Of a stretch of 58,995 nucleotides of DNA, positions 10,101-19,168 are shown one piece after another. Where the stretch lies: positions 1-58,995 of the IMG/VR virus record IMGVR_UViG_3300025536_000017; one strand, 5' to 3'. The position numbers were made by a program, and so were the translations under genes. This DNA is from a virus (Duplodnaviria > Caudoviricetes). The notes under the pieces were generated by a model that did no database searches, had not been told where the DNA came from, and saw only the letters and a list, made by a program, of their open reading frames with translations. Positions within the stretch are counted from its first letter, which is position 1. The number at the start of each line of letters is the position of its first letter.

Positions 10101-13100
10101 ATATCATCAGCAATTTCTGATCGCTCTTTCGCAAAAGCTCGATCAAAGTCAAAAACCGCGCGTAGCCCTTTGGTGAAATTACCGTAAGCAGCCTCGTCAA
10201 CTGCAACCGGCTCCATATCGTAGTTGACGCCTTCGAAGGACCGCTCGCGGCGCAAATACTGGCCTGCGGCTGCAAGCATGTTCGACACGACTTGCTGTAG
10301 AGGAATGCCGCCGCGCTGAATAAGCTCCGGCAACTGCGACGGCTTATCAACGGCCTTGGCGATATCAGTTCGCGAAAACAACGTCATGACGCGCGGCGAC
10401 TTGGCGTATGTGGCCGATGAATAGACGACTGCGCGCACCTTATCTGCCTGCCCAGGCAGACCGATTACCTCACGGAACAGCTCAGAGCGCGGCGGAGCCT
10501 TGTCCTTTTCCTCGAACATCGGCTCGCTTTCGCCAGCCGCTCCGCCTGCATTATGCGTCTCGTCCATAATGAGGAACGCTTTTGGCGCAATGCGACGAAG
10601 GAAATTGCGACGCGGCGTCTCCTGTCCTTTAACGCTATTCATCTGATCGTATGTCGTGAAAACAACATCCGGCTCAGAATCGCCATTGACGATTGCATTA
10701 AGGTTTGCGGTAGCCTTCTCTAAATTCTGCGCCTTAGAGAACGCACCATATCTTTCTGGAGGCTTTTCACCAATCTCGTTCGCTGCGTCGCGCTCCGCAA
10801 CCCACGTCACAGCGTCATCATCAAGCGGAACACTAACGCCAGAATTGGTCATCGCCATATTGATCGGGCGACCAAGCTGCTTGTCCCAACCAATATCATG
10901 AAGATCGCGCCACATATCGCCGTAAAGATCGGGCTTTTCGGTCACAAAGACAGGGATTGCGCCGTTCTTTTTGGCGTAGGTGATAAAGGCGGCAACGCAG
11001 TTGTGCGTCACAATGAAATCATCGGTAACGTAAAGATGAGCAGGATCGTCAACCGTAACACATTGACATTCCTCACGCCCGACAAATTTGATGCTCTTGA
11101 TGTAACGAGTAGGTGGATATTTGGCCCACTCTTTAACTCGCCCAGACTTACGGGAAAGCCTGAACGGCGAAACTCCTGATGGCATTCTTATAAATACGAC
11201 ATGGCAATCCTTATGAGTGGTTTTCTTAATCGACCTAGTTGCGGTCCCCCCAAGCGACCTAACTATAAACACAACATCGTCAGCCAGCGACGATGAAACA
11301 GAATAATAAACACTAGCTCCACTCTTATTAATGGTCCCGTCGGTATCCATTAGACCCTGGAGAACAGCCAATCGCACATTTGTAGAATTCCACTTATAAA
11401 TCTCTGGCACAAACTTGTTATCTGCTACAACTCCAGCCAAGCCAATTGAGCGCATTTTGGCAGGAATCGCATCAGGTTGATTCCTGCGGCCAGTTCTAAC
11501 TTCGCGAACTATATTTCTATGCGTATCTCGACCAGATTTACGCAACACAAATCCTACAGGAATTGCCGCCTCAACAAGATCGGCCATTTCTTGTTCGGCT
11601 ACAACTATCTGCGTGTCTCCATTCTTCCTGATATGTCCATCTCCGAGGCACGCTCCAACAAGGTATGGATCAAGAGGAGTATCGCGATGTGGAATCGAAA
11701 TAGGACTAACAAGCGGAACAGAATAAATGCGCGTGATGTTTTTTGCTATTTCACTCGTCGTCAGAATCTTATAGTCAGCATAAATGCTCCACGGAGTATG
11801 TTTTGCTGCATATCTTGAATTGCGTGTGCGAGTAGCCCACAGATGATCTGCCGACGCTCTTGTTTTGCTACCGTCGCTAAATTCAATCTCAAATACGTCA
11901 ATTACGCCTTGCGGATGCAGATGCGTAACTTTAGTTGGGCGACCATTGAGAGCAATAACTTCATCTCCTATCCTAATATCCCCCATCAGAGTCCATCCGT
12001 TCGGAGTTAAAAGTTTAGCACTTAACGGCTGACTCCTTCCTTTCCCAATACCAGTTTGATCGCCAATGATAAATCCGTCGCCCTTCTCAATATTCCAGAT
12101 ACCCATTGCGATAGCGTCGATCTGCTCACCAGAAAAATATTTACCTAGTTCTTCCGGCTTACGATCAAGCGCCCGCGCAACATATTCGTCTATGTCTCCG
12201 ACCTCTTGCTGAATGCGCCCAAACGCACTGTAAATCGCATCCTTCAAATTGGCTGGAACAAGCGTATTCAACGAATCGCCTTCGCGAGACGCCGGCTCGT
12301 AGGATGACTGTCCGTCCTGATTGCGTTCTACAGTCCGCTTTCCATTGGAATCAGCGCGAGTATCAGCTCGCTTACGCTGTCCGCTCTCCACGGTTGGCTT
12401 TCGTGGTTCAGCGCCCACGGAAGGCCCTCCTGTAGCAGATTCGCGTTGTCCGCTATCAGGCTTTGCGCCCACATCTTTGGGTTGCTGCGGCTTGGCTTCG
12501 ACATTGGGCCGAGACTCGCTTGTTCCAGTTGATCCTCTGCCCACATCATCGTTTGTTGCGGGTTTGGATCGCGCTGAAGTAGCGTTTCCAGTCGGAGCGC
12601 CACCTTCTGTAGAAGCTGCTTGTGTGACGCCATTTAGTTTATCTCCTATTTCACTCCACGACTGAAGCAGCGTCGGCGGCGTTTTAGTTAGCGGATCACG
12701 CTTGCCCCATGGCTCGCCAGATGTATTCTTTCCATCGATAACCACAACGTCAACCGGCCACTGAGCGCCCTGTTTTGCATACAGCTTGCCGTCAACGGTA
12801 AACACGTCTGTCACATTATATTGTGTGAACAGCTTGTGATAGAAAGACCTCTTTGCGGGAGCGGTATATCCCTTGGCGCGCTCTTTCGGGTCCATGCCCT
12901 TGACGCCGCCGAGAATAAGCACGGCGCGGCCATCTGGAGCCATCGCCTTCAGCGCATTCAGCGCAATGGCATGGTCAATTTGATCTGTGCGGTAGCCGTC
13001 AATCTTCCACGACTTCTTTCTGCCGCCATCGGTCACCGTTCCAAATGGCGGATTGGCGATGACGGCCGCCATCTTTCCGACTTGCTGCTTGAACATCTCC

Positions 13101-16100
13101 GGCTTTGTGGCGTCATCCATAATCGGCGAGAAACCAAGATCGTCGAGCGCCTTGGCGCGCGTCGGATTGATCTCGGCAACTGTAGCGTTGTCTGGTTCAA
13201 CGTCAATCAGTAGCATGCCGTTGCCGGCTGACGGCTCCAGAACATCAGCTCTCGGCTCAATACCGGCGAGGCGCGAGGCGACATAGGCAAGCGGGGCAGG
13301 GGTAGAATAGGCTTGCTCAGAAATGCTTGCCGACGTGCGCGCAGACAGGTTTGGCTGCTTATTGTAGAGCCGAACAAGCTGCTCAAATGTCGCTACTGAC
13401 GACTCGCCAGCCTCACGATTGATTGCAACGATGTTACGGGCGCTTTGCACGACGGCGCGCTCGACAAGCTCATCGACAAATTTATTGAACGGGACACCTT
13501 CGGGCGCTTTAGCACCTACCTCATCAGCGAGCTTTCGCGCCTCCATAATATTGCGGAATGCCTTTTGATCACTATCGCCTTCAAGCATGCCGCGCACATG
13601 CGCGATGAATGCGGAGTCGCCTTTGGTTGAGTCTGGCGCTTGCGTGGTGTTGTTTGGCTCCGCAGCGGGCTTCTCATTCTTCGAAAGATTATTGGCGATA
13701 AGGTCTTCGATGATCGCCACATTCACTTCGTGCTGCTTAAGTGTTTGCCGCAATCCAATTAAGGCAATAGAAGCCTCACCAAGCCGCCTATCCTTAACTT
13801 GTGGGTCGTAACCAAGCTCCAGCGTCTTCTCGATGCGCTTCTTCATGCGCTCGACGGCCTCCTTAGCTTTCGGAAGCTGCGATTCGTATTCCTCCCGATA
13901 GCGGCGCTTGTTCAACTCACCGAGCGCGTTGCGCGAACCATCGATGTAATGATCATCAAACCGCTCGATTTTCTCCGAAGCCTCGGCCGGCTTCTTATCT
14001 TCCGTCGCCTTCGTGCCAGACTCACTCGCCGCAACCTCATCGGCCGTCTTGTATTCAGGATGCAAGTCGCGGTTTGTCGAAATTCCCATGCCGCCGCGAG
14101 ATGGAACCATTCCGACCGGCTCTGTTTTTACAATGCCGTCTTCCTTGATACTGCGGACGCCGCGAGAGTCTTCCCAAAGGTCTTTGCCTTCGGCGTTCTG
14201 CCCGACAAGTTTACGACCCTTGGCGTCACTTACACCGCCATCCGATTCATCGGCAGGCTTTGAATCAGGAACAGCTTTTGCGCCATCGGAACTAGCCTCT
14301 GAGGAACCGTCGCGTTCTCCAACAGAAGTGCCTCGAACGCTTCCCTGTCCACCTGCGGCGTCTCCGGCTCCAGGCGATACAGCTCCAGCAGCGCTTCCCA
14401 CCCCGTCATTAGAAACAGATGGTCTGCTGGCAGATACATCGGGTTGTTGCTCGACATTATCGCCACCCTTCGGAACGATCTGAAATTTGCGGTCTTTTGT
14501 ATTTTTGACTTCATGGGTTTCAGCAAGCCATGTGTTCTGCCTCATGTAGGAGTTTGCAGCCGCCGCAGCTCCCCAAAAATTGTTTTTGATATGAGCTAGA
14601 ACTTGCTTGCGCTTCTCGTCGCTCGGCTGATTGACGTTTTCTGTCGCCGCAGTCGGAGCCTCTTGCTTTGTTGGCTTCTGCGGCGCACTTGGCGCGGGCG
14701 CTTGCGTGGCATTAGCTGGAGCCTTGTTGATGGCCGCGAAAAGATTGTCTCTTTCTTCCTTGCGCAGATACGGCCACGGAGTATTAACGCGCTCGGGATC
14801 AACGCCGGCTTCCTTGGCGTATCCAATCTTGTCTGCGATCGTCAGATCATTCCAGAATTTGGTTGTTTCGCTGATTTTAGGTGTCGCTGTCTGCGCTTCT
14901 TCTTTCGTATCAGCGCTATAGATTCCTCCTACATTCAACTTACCCGGCTTAGCGTCGCGCGCTTGCGCCTTGATAGCGTCTCGGACCTTCGCGCCATGCG
15001 CGCGCACCTGATCCTCGCTCATGCCGGTAGCATCAGAAACAAACTTCACATAATCAGAGTCGCGCTTCGATGGCGTCTTTTGCGCAGCGATATATGCTGC
15101 CTTGTCGATATCGTTATCGAACGAAAGATCGAACTGCTTTGCGCCGAACGAATAGCGCGGCTTCGCGCCAGCAAGGTCTGCGCCAAGTGATTTAGGTTTC
15201 TCCGTTGACTTTTGAACCTTTGGTTCTTCCGCCTTTGTGGCATTGGCAAACTCAGGATCACCATTCGCAAATCGACGAAGATCATCCGGTGACTTAATTC
15301 TTCCAGTGTCGAAAAGCGGCTTAGCCGCCTTCAAAACCGGGTCATCAACGCCCGCGAACTTCGTCTTTCCATCCGAAAGCGCCTTAAAGAGACCGTCGTA
15401 GAGATTGCCGGTAATAGCTTTGCCAATTTCGCCACCAGCCCCAGACAAGCCGGTAGCTGACGGTTCCTTGACACCGCGCCTCGCAAGCTCATCATCGATA
15501 CGCGCGATCTGTTGCCAAATCTTCGGAGCGATGTTCTCGGAAGCGCGGCGCGCTTGCGCAACAAGATCGGCGCGACGCTTGACAAGCAAGTCGTCTTCCT
15601 GATCTTCGAGCGCCGGCGGTCCGGGCTTCGGCTTCCGCGTGACCGTCTGTTGCGCCGCCTCAGAAAGCGATTCAGCCTGCGCAGGAGCGCCCGTTCTCGG
15701 CTGTGGCGCTTCAACACCACCCTGTTGAGCGTCCTGCGCAGTCGGCTCGACCGCCCCCATAGCTGCCGGCGAAGGTTCCTCGGATTGGGGAGGGGCTGCT
15801 ACGGGAGCGGTCGATTGCGTCGGCGCATCGAGAAGCTCGACCGCGCCAGATGTGACATCTTGATTGGTGATGAGCATTTCCTGCCCATCATCCGTTTTGA
15901 ACACGAAGTCGTCGGCGGTTTGCTCGACAACAGTTCCTTCAACCTCACCATCATCGTCTCGAACGACAATGCGCTTGCCGCCCAACTCAGCGAGAGAACC
16001 GCCGGCCGGCGATCCAGCGCGCAGCGCGCCTGTCAGACCGCCGCCCTGCGGCGTCGGAGGCGTCTCTGGACCACGCGGAGGAGGCTGCGGAGCTGGCGGA

Positions 16101-17743
16101 GCGCCGGTGTCATCAAGCGTCGTGACGCTACCATGAATATCGCCGTCGGCTGGCTGCACTACATCAGACGCAGGCGGCGCGCCTGCGTCTTCAGCCTGCG
16201 GAGGCATTCCAGCGGGCGCGGCGCTGCCGGCGGTATCGACGCGGTAATCAGGCGGAGCCTCCAACATGGGCTTCTGTGCGGCCTTGGCGTCAGCGACGAA
16301 TTGATCGATCTTAGCGGTCGATGACGGCCCCTGACGCTGCATCGCGCCGCCGGCGGCGGCCGGCGCGCCGCCGCCCATAGCGCCAGCAATGAAGTCGCCG
16401 AAAGTCTGCTCGGCAACGTCAGTCTGCGCGCCGGTCGCCTGATTCAGGCCAGCGCGCTGCGTGACGCCTTCGGCCGCTTCCTGTGTTCCTTCTTCAAGTG
16501 CGCCGAGCGATCCACGACCAAGCACGCGACCGGGTAGGCCGCTGCGCTCCAAAATGCCGCTCGCAGGAGATACGAGCTTCGAAGTGGCCGCGCCACCAAG
16601 CGCAGACACAGGCAGCGTGAACAGAAACGCCATACGACCAGCGGCGCTCTTTGTGATCCGCAACGCCTGATCTGGCGTCTTTCCTTCCTTGATGGCCTCT
16701 TTATAGATAGGGAGCTGCTCGCGCTCTTGCGGCGACATGGCGTCAATCGTCTTGCGCGCATCGTCTGCGGCAGCACCGCCACCCTGCAATCCACCAATTG
16801 CAGCGCCAGCGATCGCCGACCCGCGCGAAGCAACGCCGCCAGCGACAACAGGAAGCATCTGCCCGAAGATATCGAGACCGAGATACGCATAACCGCGCAG
16901 CGACGGATTCTTGCCGAGCGTCCATGTGCCCGGCTTCAAAATATTCCCGCCAGGAGACGAATCAGCAATTGCCTGCTTTGTTTCAGGTGAGACACCTTCT
17001 TGAACGCCGGCTCCCCATTTATTGAAAGCCTCGGCGAGCGCATCGCCCATAGAGCGATATTCAGGAATGCCGGCGGCATGTCTTACTGCTTGCGAGACCT
17101 CGGCAGCGCCCTGAATCGTTGCGCCGGCACCCTTTGCTGCGCCGCCAACGACTTGCAGACCTACATCACCAATTTCGCTATTTTGCTGCGCTGCTTGCGG
17201 CGCATCCTGAGATGGCGCTACCGACGGATCGACAGGATAATATTGATCCGCCAAGCGCTTCGAGCGCGACAAAATATCCTGCAAATATTCGTCGGTCTGC
17301 GGTCCCCACTGACCCCTATCCGGCCCGCCGACATACGCCTTAATGGCGTCGTCAACAGATAGCCCTTGATCCATGTAGTTCTTGATCTTTTTAGCGGCGC
17401 TATCAATGGCTTGCGATGGAATGTAGGGGTTGATGCCGTCGCGCGCAACGTCGTCATCAGACATTGCGATGATGCCACGGCGACGCGATCCGACGCCTTG
17501 CGATCTCGCAAGAGGATTGAAGTTCGAATCCTTCTCGGCCATGCCGAGAAGGACATCGACCGGCACGCCGTATTTGTCGGCCGCACCCTCGAACATCGAG
17601 AGTCGCTTAGCGTCCGCTGATGGCTGCGATGGCGGCGCGACTGATGGCGATTCTGGCCTTCCGCTATTGGCAAACTCGATCGCCGCATTCAGGCGATCTT
17701 GAGCGTTTAATTTCGCGTATTCGCCTAAATCAGGGCCAGCCAT
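4178..17743 (-). CDS. Giant DarB-like polyvalent virion/ejection protein (SLT-like, N6-adenine MTase, strawberry-notch SF2 helicase with intein, HExxH, PLxRFG domain)
   Basis: 4521 aa; N-terminal SLT-like fold; LEPSAGNG and NPPF MTase motifs (about 13.0-13.25 kb); GDQTGIGKG, DETH, SSAT, QMLGRVHRTGQ helicase motifs; HEAFH (about 7.48 kb); FPLARFG (about 6.24 kb). Confidence 0.9.
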   Translation of the reverse strand: MAGPDLGEYAKLNAQDRLNAAIEFANSGRPESPSVAPPSQPSADAKRLSMFEGAADKYGVPVDVLLGMAEKDSNFNPLARSQGVGSRRRGIIAMSDDDVARDGINPYIPSQAIDSAAKKIKNYMDQGLSVDDAIKAYVGGPDRGQWGPQTDEYLQDILSRSKRLADQYYPVDPSVAPSQDAPQAAQQNSEIGDVGLQVVGGAAKGAGATIQGAAEVSQAVRHAAGIPEYRSMGDALAEAFNKWGAGVQEGVSPETKQAIADSSPGGNILKPGTWTLGKNPSLRGYAYLGLDIFGQMLPVVAGGVASRGSAIAGAAIGGLQGGGAAADDARKTIDAMSPQEREQLPIYKEAIKEGKTPDQALRITKSAAGRMAFLFTLPVSALGGAATSKLVSPASGILERSGLPGRVLGRGSLGALEEGTQEAAEGVTQRAGLNQATGAQTDVAEQTFGDFIAGAMGGGAPAAAGGAMQRQGPSSTAKIDQFVADAKAAQKPMLEAPPDYRVDTAGSAAPAGMPPQAEDAGAPPASDVVQPADGDIHGSVTTLDDTGAPPAPQPPPRGPETPPTPQGGGLTGALRAGSPAGGSLAELGGKRIVVRDDDGEVEGTVVEQTADDFVFKTDDGQEMLITNQDVTSGAVELLDAPTQSTAPVAAPPQSEEPSPAAMGAVEPTAQDAQQGGVEAPQPRTGAPAQAESLSEAAQQTVTRKPKPGPPALEDQEDDLLVKRRADLVAQARRASENIAPKIWQQIARIDDELARRGVKEPSATGLSGAGGEIGKAITGNLYDGLFKALSDGKTKFAGVDDPVLKAAKPLFDTGRIKSPDDLRRFANGDPEFANATKAEEPKVQKSTEKPKSLGADLAGAKPRYSFGAKQFDLSFDNDIDKAAYIAAQKTPSKRDSDYVKFVSDATGMSEDQVRAHGAKVRDAIKAQARDAKPGKLNVGGIYSADTKEEAQTATPKISETTKFWNDLTIADKIGYAKEAGVDPERVNTPWPYLRKEERDNLFAAINKAPANATQAPAPSAPQKPTKQEAPTAATENVNQPSDEKRKQVLAHIKNNFWGAAAAANSYMRQNTWLAETHEVKNTKDRKFQIVPKGGDNVEQQPDVSASRPSVSNDGVGSAAGAVSPGAGDAAGGQGSVRGTSVGERDGSSEASSDGAKAVPDSKPADESDGGVSDAKGRKLVGQNAEGKDLWEDSRGVRSIKEDGIVKTEPVGMVPSRGGMGISTNRDLHPEYKTADEVAASESGTKATEDKKPAEASEKIERFDDHYIDGSRNALGELNKRRYREEYESQLPKAKEAVERMKKRIEKTLELGYDPQVKDRRLGEASIALIGLRQTLKQHEVNVAIIEDLIANNLSKNEKPAAEPNNTTQAPDSTKGDSAFIAHVRGMLEGDSDQKAFRNIMEARKLADEVGAKAPEGVPFNKFVDELVERAVVQSARNIVAINREAGESSVATFEQLVRLYNKQPNLSARTSASISEQAYSTPAPLAYVASRLAGIEPRADVLEPSAGNGMLLIDVEPDNATVAEINPTRAKALDDLGFSPIMDDATKPEMFKQQVGKMAAVIANPPFGTVTDGGRKKSWKIDGYRTDQIDHAIALNALKAMAPDGRAVLILGGVKGMDPKERAKGYTAPAKRSFYHKLFTQYNVTDVFTVDGKLYAKQGAQWPVDVVVIDGKNTSGEPWGKRDPLTKTPPTLLQSWSEIGDKLNGVTQAASTEGGAPTGNATSARSKPATNDDVGRGSTGTSESRPNVEAKPQQPKDVGAKPDSGQRESATGGPSVGAEPRKPTVESGQRKRADTRADSNGKRTVERNQDGQSSYEPASREGDSLNTLVPANLKDAIYSAFGRIQQEVGDIDEYVARALDRKPEELGKYFSGEQIDAIAMGIWNIEKGDGFIIGDQTGIGKGRSQPLSAKLLTPNGWTLMGDIRIGDEVIALNGRPTKVTHLHPQGVIDVFEIEFSDGSKTRASADHLWATRTRNSRYAAKHTPWSIYADYKILTTSEIAKNITRIYSVPLVSPISIPHRDTPLDPYLVGACLGDGHIRKNGDTQIVVAEQEMADLVEAAIPVGFVLRKSGRDTHRNIVREVRTGRRNQPDAIPAKMRSIGLAGVVADNKFVPEIYKWNSTNVRLAVLQGLMDTDGTINKSGASVYYSVSSSLADDVVFIVRSLGGTATRSIKKTTHKDCHVVFIRMPSGVSPFRLSRKSGRVKEWAKYPPTRYIKSIKFVGREECQCVTVDDPAHLYVTDDFIVTHNCVAAFITYAKKNGAIPVFVTEKPDLYGDMWRDLHDIGWDKQLGRPINMAMTNSGVSVPLDDDAVTWVAERDAANEIGEKPPERYGAFSKAQNLEKATANLNAIVNGDSEPDVVFTTYDQMNSVKGQETPRRNFLRRIAPKAFLIMDETHNAGGAAGESEPMFEEKDKAPPRSELFREVIGLPGQADKVRAVVYSSATYAKSPRVMTLFSRTDIAKAVDKPSQLPELIQRGGIPLQQVVSNMLAAAGQYLRRERSFEGVNYDMEPVAVDEAAYGNFTKGLRAVFDFDRAFAKERSEIADDIAAEMGAGSQRDGSVGEGGASSTTFSSVMHNIIGQMILSITSQEAGKRAIAAIKAGERPVIALSKTNEAFLSDFVDSEGLKVGDIVDLSFVDMLKRYLERTRRITVKIDKETKHRIMIDFNQMDPETVAKYNEAMSFLNQLNLGDLPISPIDAIRNEIQKAGYSVAEVTGRDIMLDYSQKSATLSQRPKTERGPAGKKVSIRKFNNGELDVLILNRSGSTGVSMHASKDPKVKDKRRRRMILVEADPNIDTHMQMLGRVHRTGQVVTPNYSQLVADIPATVRPTAVLMRKMASLNANTTGSAKSKFSADAVDFMNKYGDDVVADVLNESADIADLLNVEIPGDEIPHGYAAKVTGRLTLLEPAEQQEFIDNIVGRYKALIEKLDAEGKNDLEAKYVDLQARTLESQVTKPGTGLSPFESAVNLEKVSVKSQGRAMTIGDIVEQIKKWSPAARVTSDNLSDMADEARKETSERIEKITESARAYNNTVWSLLKDDGAKQRHREEFENNMRRWRSLVDILSPGQIVHIELDDGEMTPAIVLDVRDVGGKSGSPIALSKWAAVFALPDSRRTVQQSFTWLKTENDTTAKAGASLVQRNSGGMRITQEQIAEQFEKARAEGRETRYMFTGNILAAFDQVKGGGQIINHSMEDGSVRPAILMGRKFAPKDFMAKMSVRFKTGSQVMKFLDVAHQPSLKSSDGIVSVNKSYHGYIFTAMGSKRTGGKYYADHRVRAVYDSWEKRQGMMVARIDDRALAQRLVEALMSVDAIFETTKEQSAARGVIEQDAPKASMGSGNLGMTAAALKKRMSVGKDSDIIDSAISSGRVVIHDDASTIPAGAPSAPDGMRIQGVTTPDGVIHLVAANLTPANARAVLLHEAFHSAVEPLIGSRQFEALLGRIQGATEAAIDRGDKSGWWAEALRRAGEAGAPSAEEVAAYAIENREQAPAGIREIVDNILGAVKAWALRFFGRQFGAVTPGEVRALALAALRDANMPSPPTDGGSGGYRFSLANDAKGHVESARNWMSDHITDFMTGSKFAEPSRSILAFVPVRPLFLEMAKGLPSARRYLATKGLMDTMRNDMAISTDAILQKWFKWANKVKIQGATPRRANRDANKNLMDMMHETTLVGVDPSMPFKQIMTPGDHEALADADPSSRQYQIAAERQARDQTRRAAYGDLKKRYDAMPQIAQELYREVRDYYKKMYDEAQELVIDNVARAMQAAITRAERAHADEMQRINDDGLEGDERERAIDAADKKLSSVRGRANRTKGARLRRLRQQFESNKIQEPYFPLARFGSYYVIVRDKASKAIVSFSKFERSSESSKFAKEMSADPNLDVSEGHDLNDKEWKDQIDPNFIVGLDDILTDNNIGDGVRDQIWQSYLRTLPDLSIRKHSIHRKGTAGFNKDAMRAFAKQMFHAGHQMARLKYGLDLTEHMENIAREAKDAPDKKRAAALHNEMNFAHEYAMNPDGKAWSYNASSMSFLWTMAFNLSSALVNIDQTISKGLGILAFDLETNAGIKNAASELAKATADFMRGKGRISDSSNLTDAERDAIAKGYDSGVIDRTQAHELAAIAESGVGYSPMWQSVMKVAGLPMHHTERFNREVTFLAAFRLAKKAGMNDANAFVKASDLTFATHYETQSSAKPRFMRGNLARVAFALKSYQANVLFRAFWDFNQSIKGATPEERKMALGRFTTMVLMSLPMAGVRGMFAYSTVMAIASFLYGLAGGDDDDLDEKLRKAIVDAAGDNMLSLAVAGMLLDGVPGYVTGTALSDRIGMADMWFRSVDRDMNPDQKWMYLIDQLGGPGVGILHQGFVAANDYAEGKDVRLGERVAPAFIRNLLKAYRYAAQGVTDKDGNPIVEYVPIEDIIKQAMGLGPAQIKERMDRNNSQRNKQRRITNERSQALAAAARARMGQGDDDAARRKVDAFNEKYPSFRITGKTITQSVKARNARSRRMEFGVDLNPKLAPLIKETTSGTIY
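11000..12034 (-). mobile_element. Intein with LAGLIDADG homing endonuclease in the DarB-like helicase
   Basis: GIGKGR|SQPLSAKLLTPNGW...DDFIVTHN|C; ASADHLW block B; GACLGDG and QGLMDTDG; 345 aa; lower GC than flanks. Confidence 0.92.
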
Positions 17744-17807
17744 TCCCGCCTCGCGTCCTGTCAGAATCGTCTGATCTTATAAACCCAAAGCGTCAGAAAA
17801 TAAAATC

Positions 17808-19046
17808 TCACATCGCGCGAGAGATGCCGGGATTAAACGGCTTCACTGGCTGAGCACCCATATCACGCCGAAGCACGCGACCTGGATTAACCATACCGCC
17901 CTGCGGCGTTGATCCAGTAGCGGCGCTTTGCTGATTGGAGATACTGCGCCTTGTTTCGATCACCTTATCGGTAGCGAGGCGCAGCGCTTCACCTCCGCTT
18001 GGCGGAACAATCTTGCCATCCTTGCCTCTCGTTCCAAGAATAGGATTGCCATTCTCCATATCTGTCTTTAGGAGATTAAGTGCTTGGTTGGTAACTTCCT
18101 TTGGATCGAACCCATCGCGCTTCGCGCTTTCTTCTATAATTTTAAGCGCTGAATCCTGCTCTCGCTCATCCATTTTATAATGTGAGCGCATCCTGTCGAG
18201 AACGATATCGTTCGCGAGCTTGCTGGTTGACTTGTTGGTTTCCGCCTGTTCAGCAACCTTGCGATCGTAGGCGCTCTTAGCAAACTCATACGCCGTATGG
18301 GGCGAAAGCATTGACATGCTTTTAACGGAAGCGTCGCCCGCGTCCGTAATATCAGCTCCGCCGGTTTTGTTGCCGTCTGGACTGGTTGACGTGAAGCGCA
18401 TTCCAACAGTCTTGCCATCCTTGTCCTTCACAGGCTCGGCGGCGCGCTTCCATCCCGTATCGAAAATATAATCCTTATTATTAAACGTTGAATTGATATT
18501 ATTTATAGCCTTATCCCAATCGCCAACGGTAAGGGCTTGACTGATTCCGCCAACTGTTTTCACAGCGTCCTTAACTTCTTTCTTATCGGTCCATGCCGTA
18601 AAAGCATCAGCATTCGCTGTGTCTCCCTTAGACAGATAGAATTGCCTGACCTTTGGGACGTAAACAGAATTAAAGGCTTCATCGAAGTTGTTGTTATATT
18701 TTGCTGGATTCTCACTGAATGCCTTATTGGCCTCCGCTCCAGCGGACTTCTTGGCTTCCTTTTCCGCCTCAACGTCAGCAAGCCCACTCAAAATGGACCT
18801 ACTCTGCGCAGCAATAACCGGCGTCTTAATAGCGCGGTCTTCAGCCGCCCATTGGCGATCCTGAGCGTCATTCGCCGCGTCGCGAGCGTCCTTGGACTCT
18901 GCTCGCTTGTTGGCGCTTTCAAGAATACCAAGCTGCCGCTCTTTAAACCTTTGTTCCTGATCCTGCTTATCCCACTGGCGAGCGACATTAGCGCCACTGG
19001 CAAGACCATTGATGAAAGCACCGATGCCTGCGCCGTATGAAGCCAT
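17808..19046 (-). CDS. Internal virion (ejection) protein
   Basis: MASYGAGIGAFINGLASG start after AGAGGA RBS; helical composition; upstream of the DarB-like gene. Confidence 0.65.
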   Translation of the reverse strand: MASYGAGIGAFINGLASGANVARQWDKQDQEQRFKERQLGILESANKRAESKDARDAANDAQDRQWAAEDRAIKTPVIAAQSRSILSGLADVEAEKEAKKSAGAEANKAFSENPAKYNNNFDEAFNSVYVPKVRQFYLSKGDTANADAFTAWTDKKEVKDAVKTVGGISQALTVGDWDKAINNINSTFNNKDYIFDTGWKRAAEPVKDKDGKTVGMRFTSTSPDGNKTGGADITDAGDASVKSMSMLSPHTAYEFAKSAYDRKVAEQAETNKSTSKLANDIVLDRMRSHYKMDEREQDSALKIIEESAKRDGFDPKEVTNQALNLLKTDMENGNPILGTRGKDGKIVPPSGGEALRLATDKVIETRRSISNQQSAATGSTPQGGMVNPGRVLRRDMGAQPVKPFNPGISRAM

Positions 19047-19168
19047 GTCAAGTCCTCTTTCGCGAAAGTCGCTTGTCGTATTCAACGCATTCAGAAATCA
19101 CAACCGTCACCAAACCAAGAATGACGACTGCGCATAGCTGAAGGATTCCAAAATCATCAACTCTCATG

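Noticed and set aside
4505-17702. Numerous 60-270 aa ORFs overlapping the giant gene on either strand
   Set aside because: Expected in GC-rich coding DNA; no motifs or translation signals
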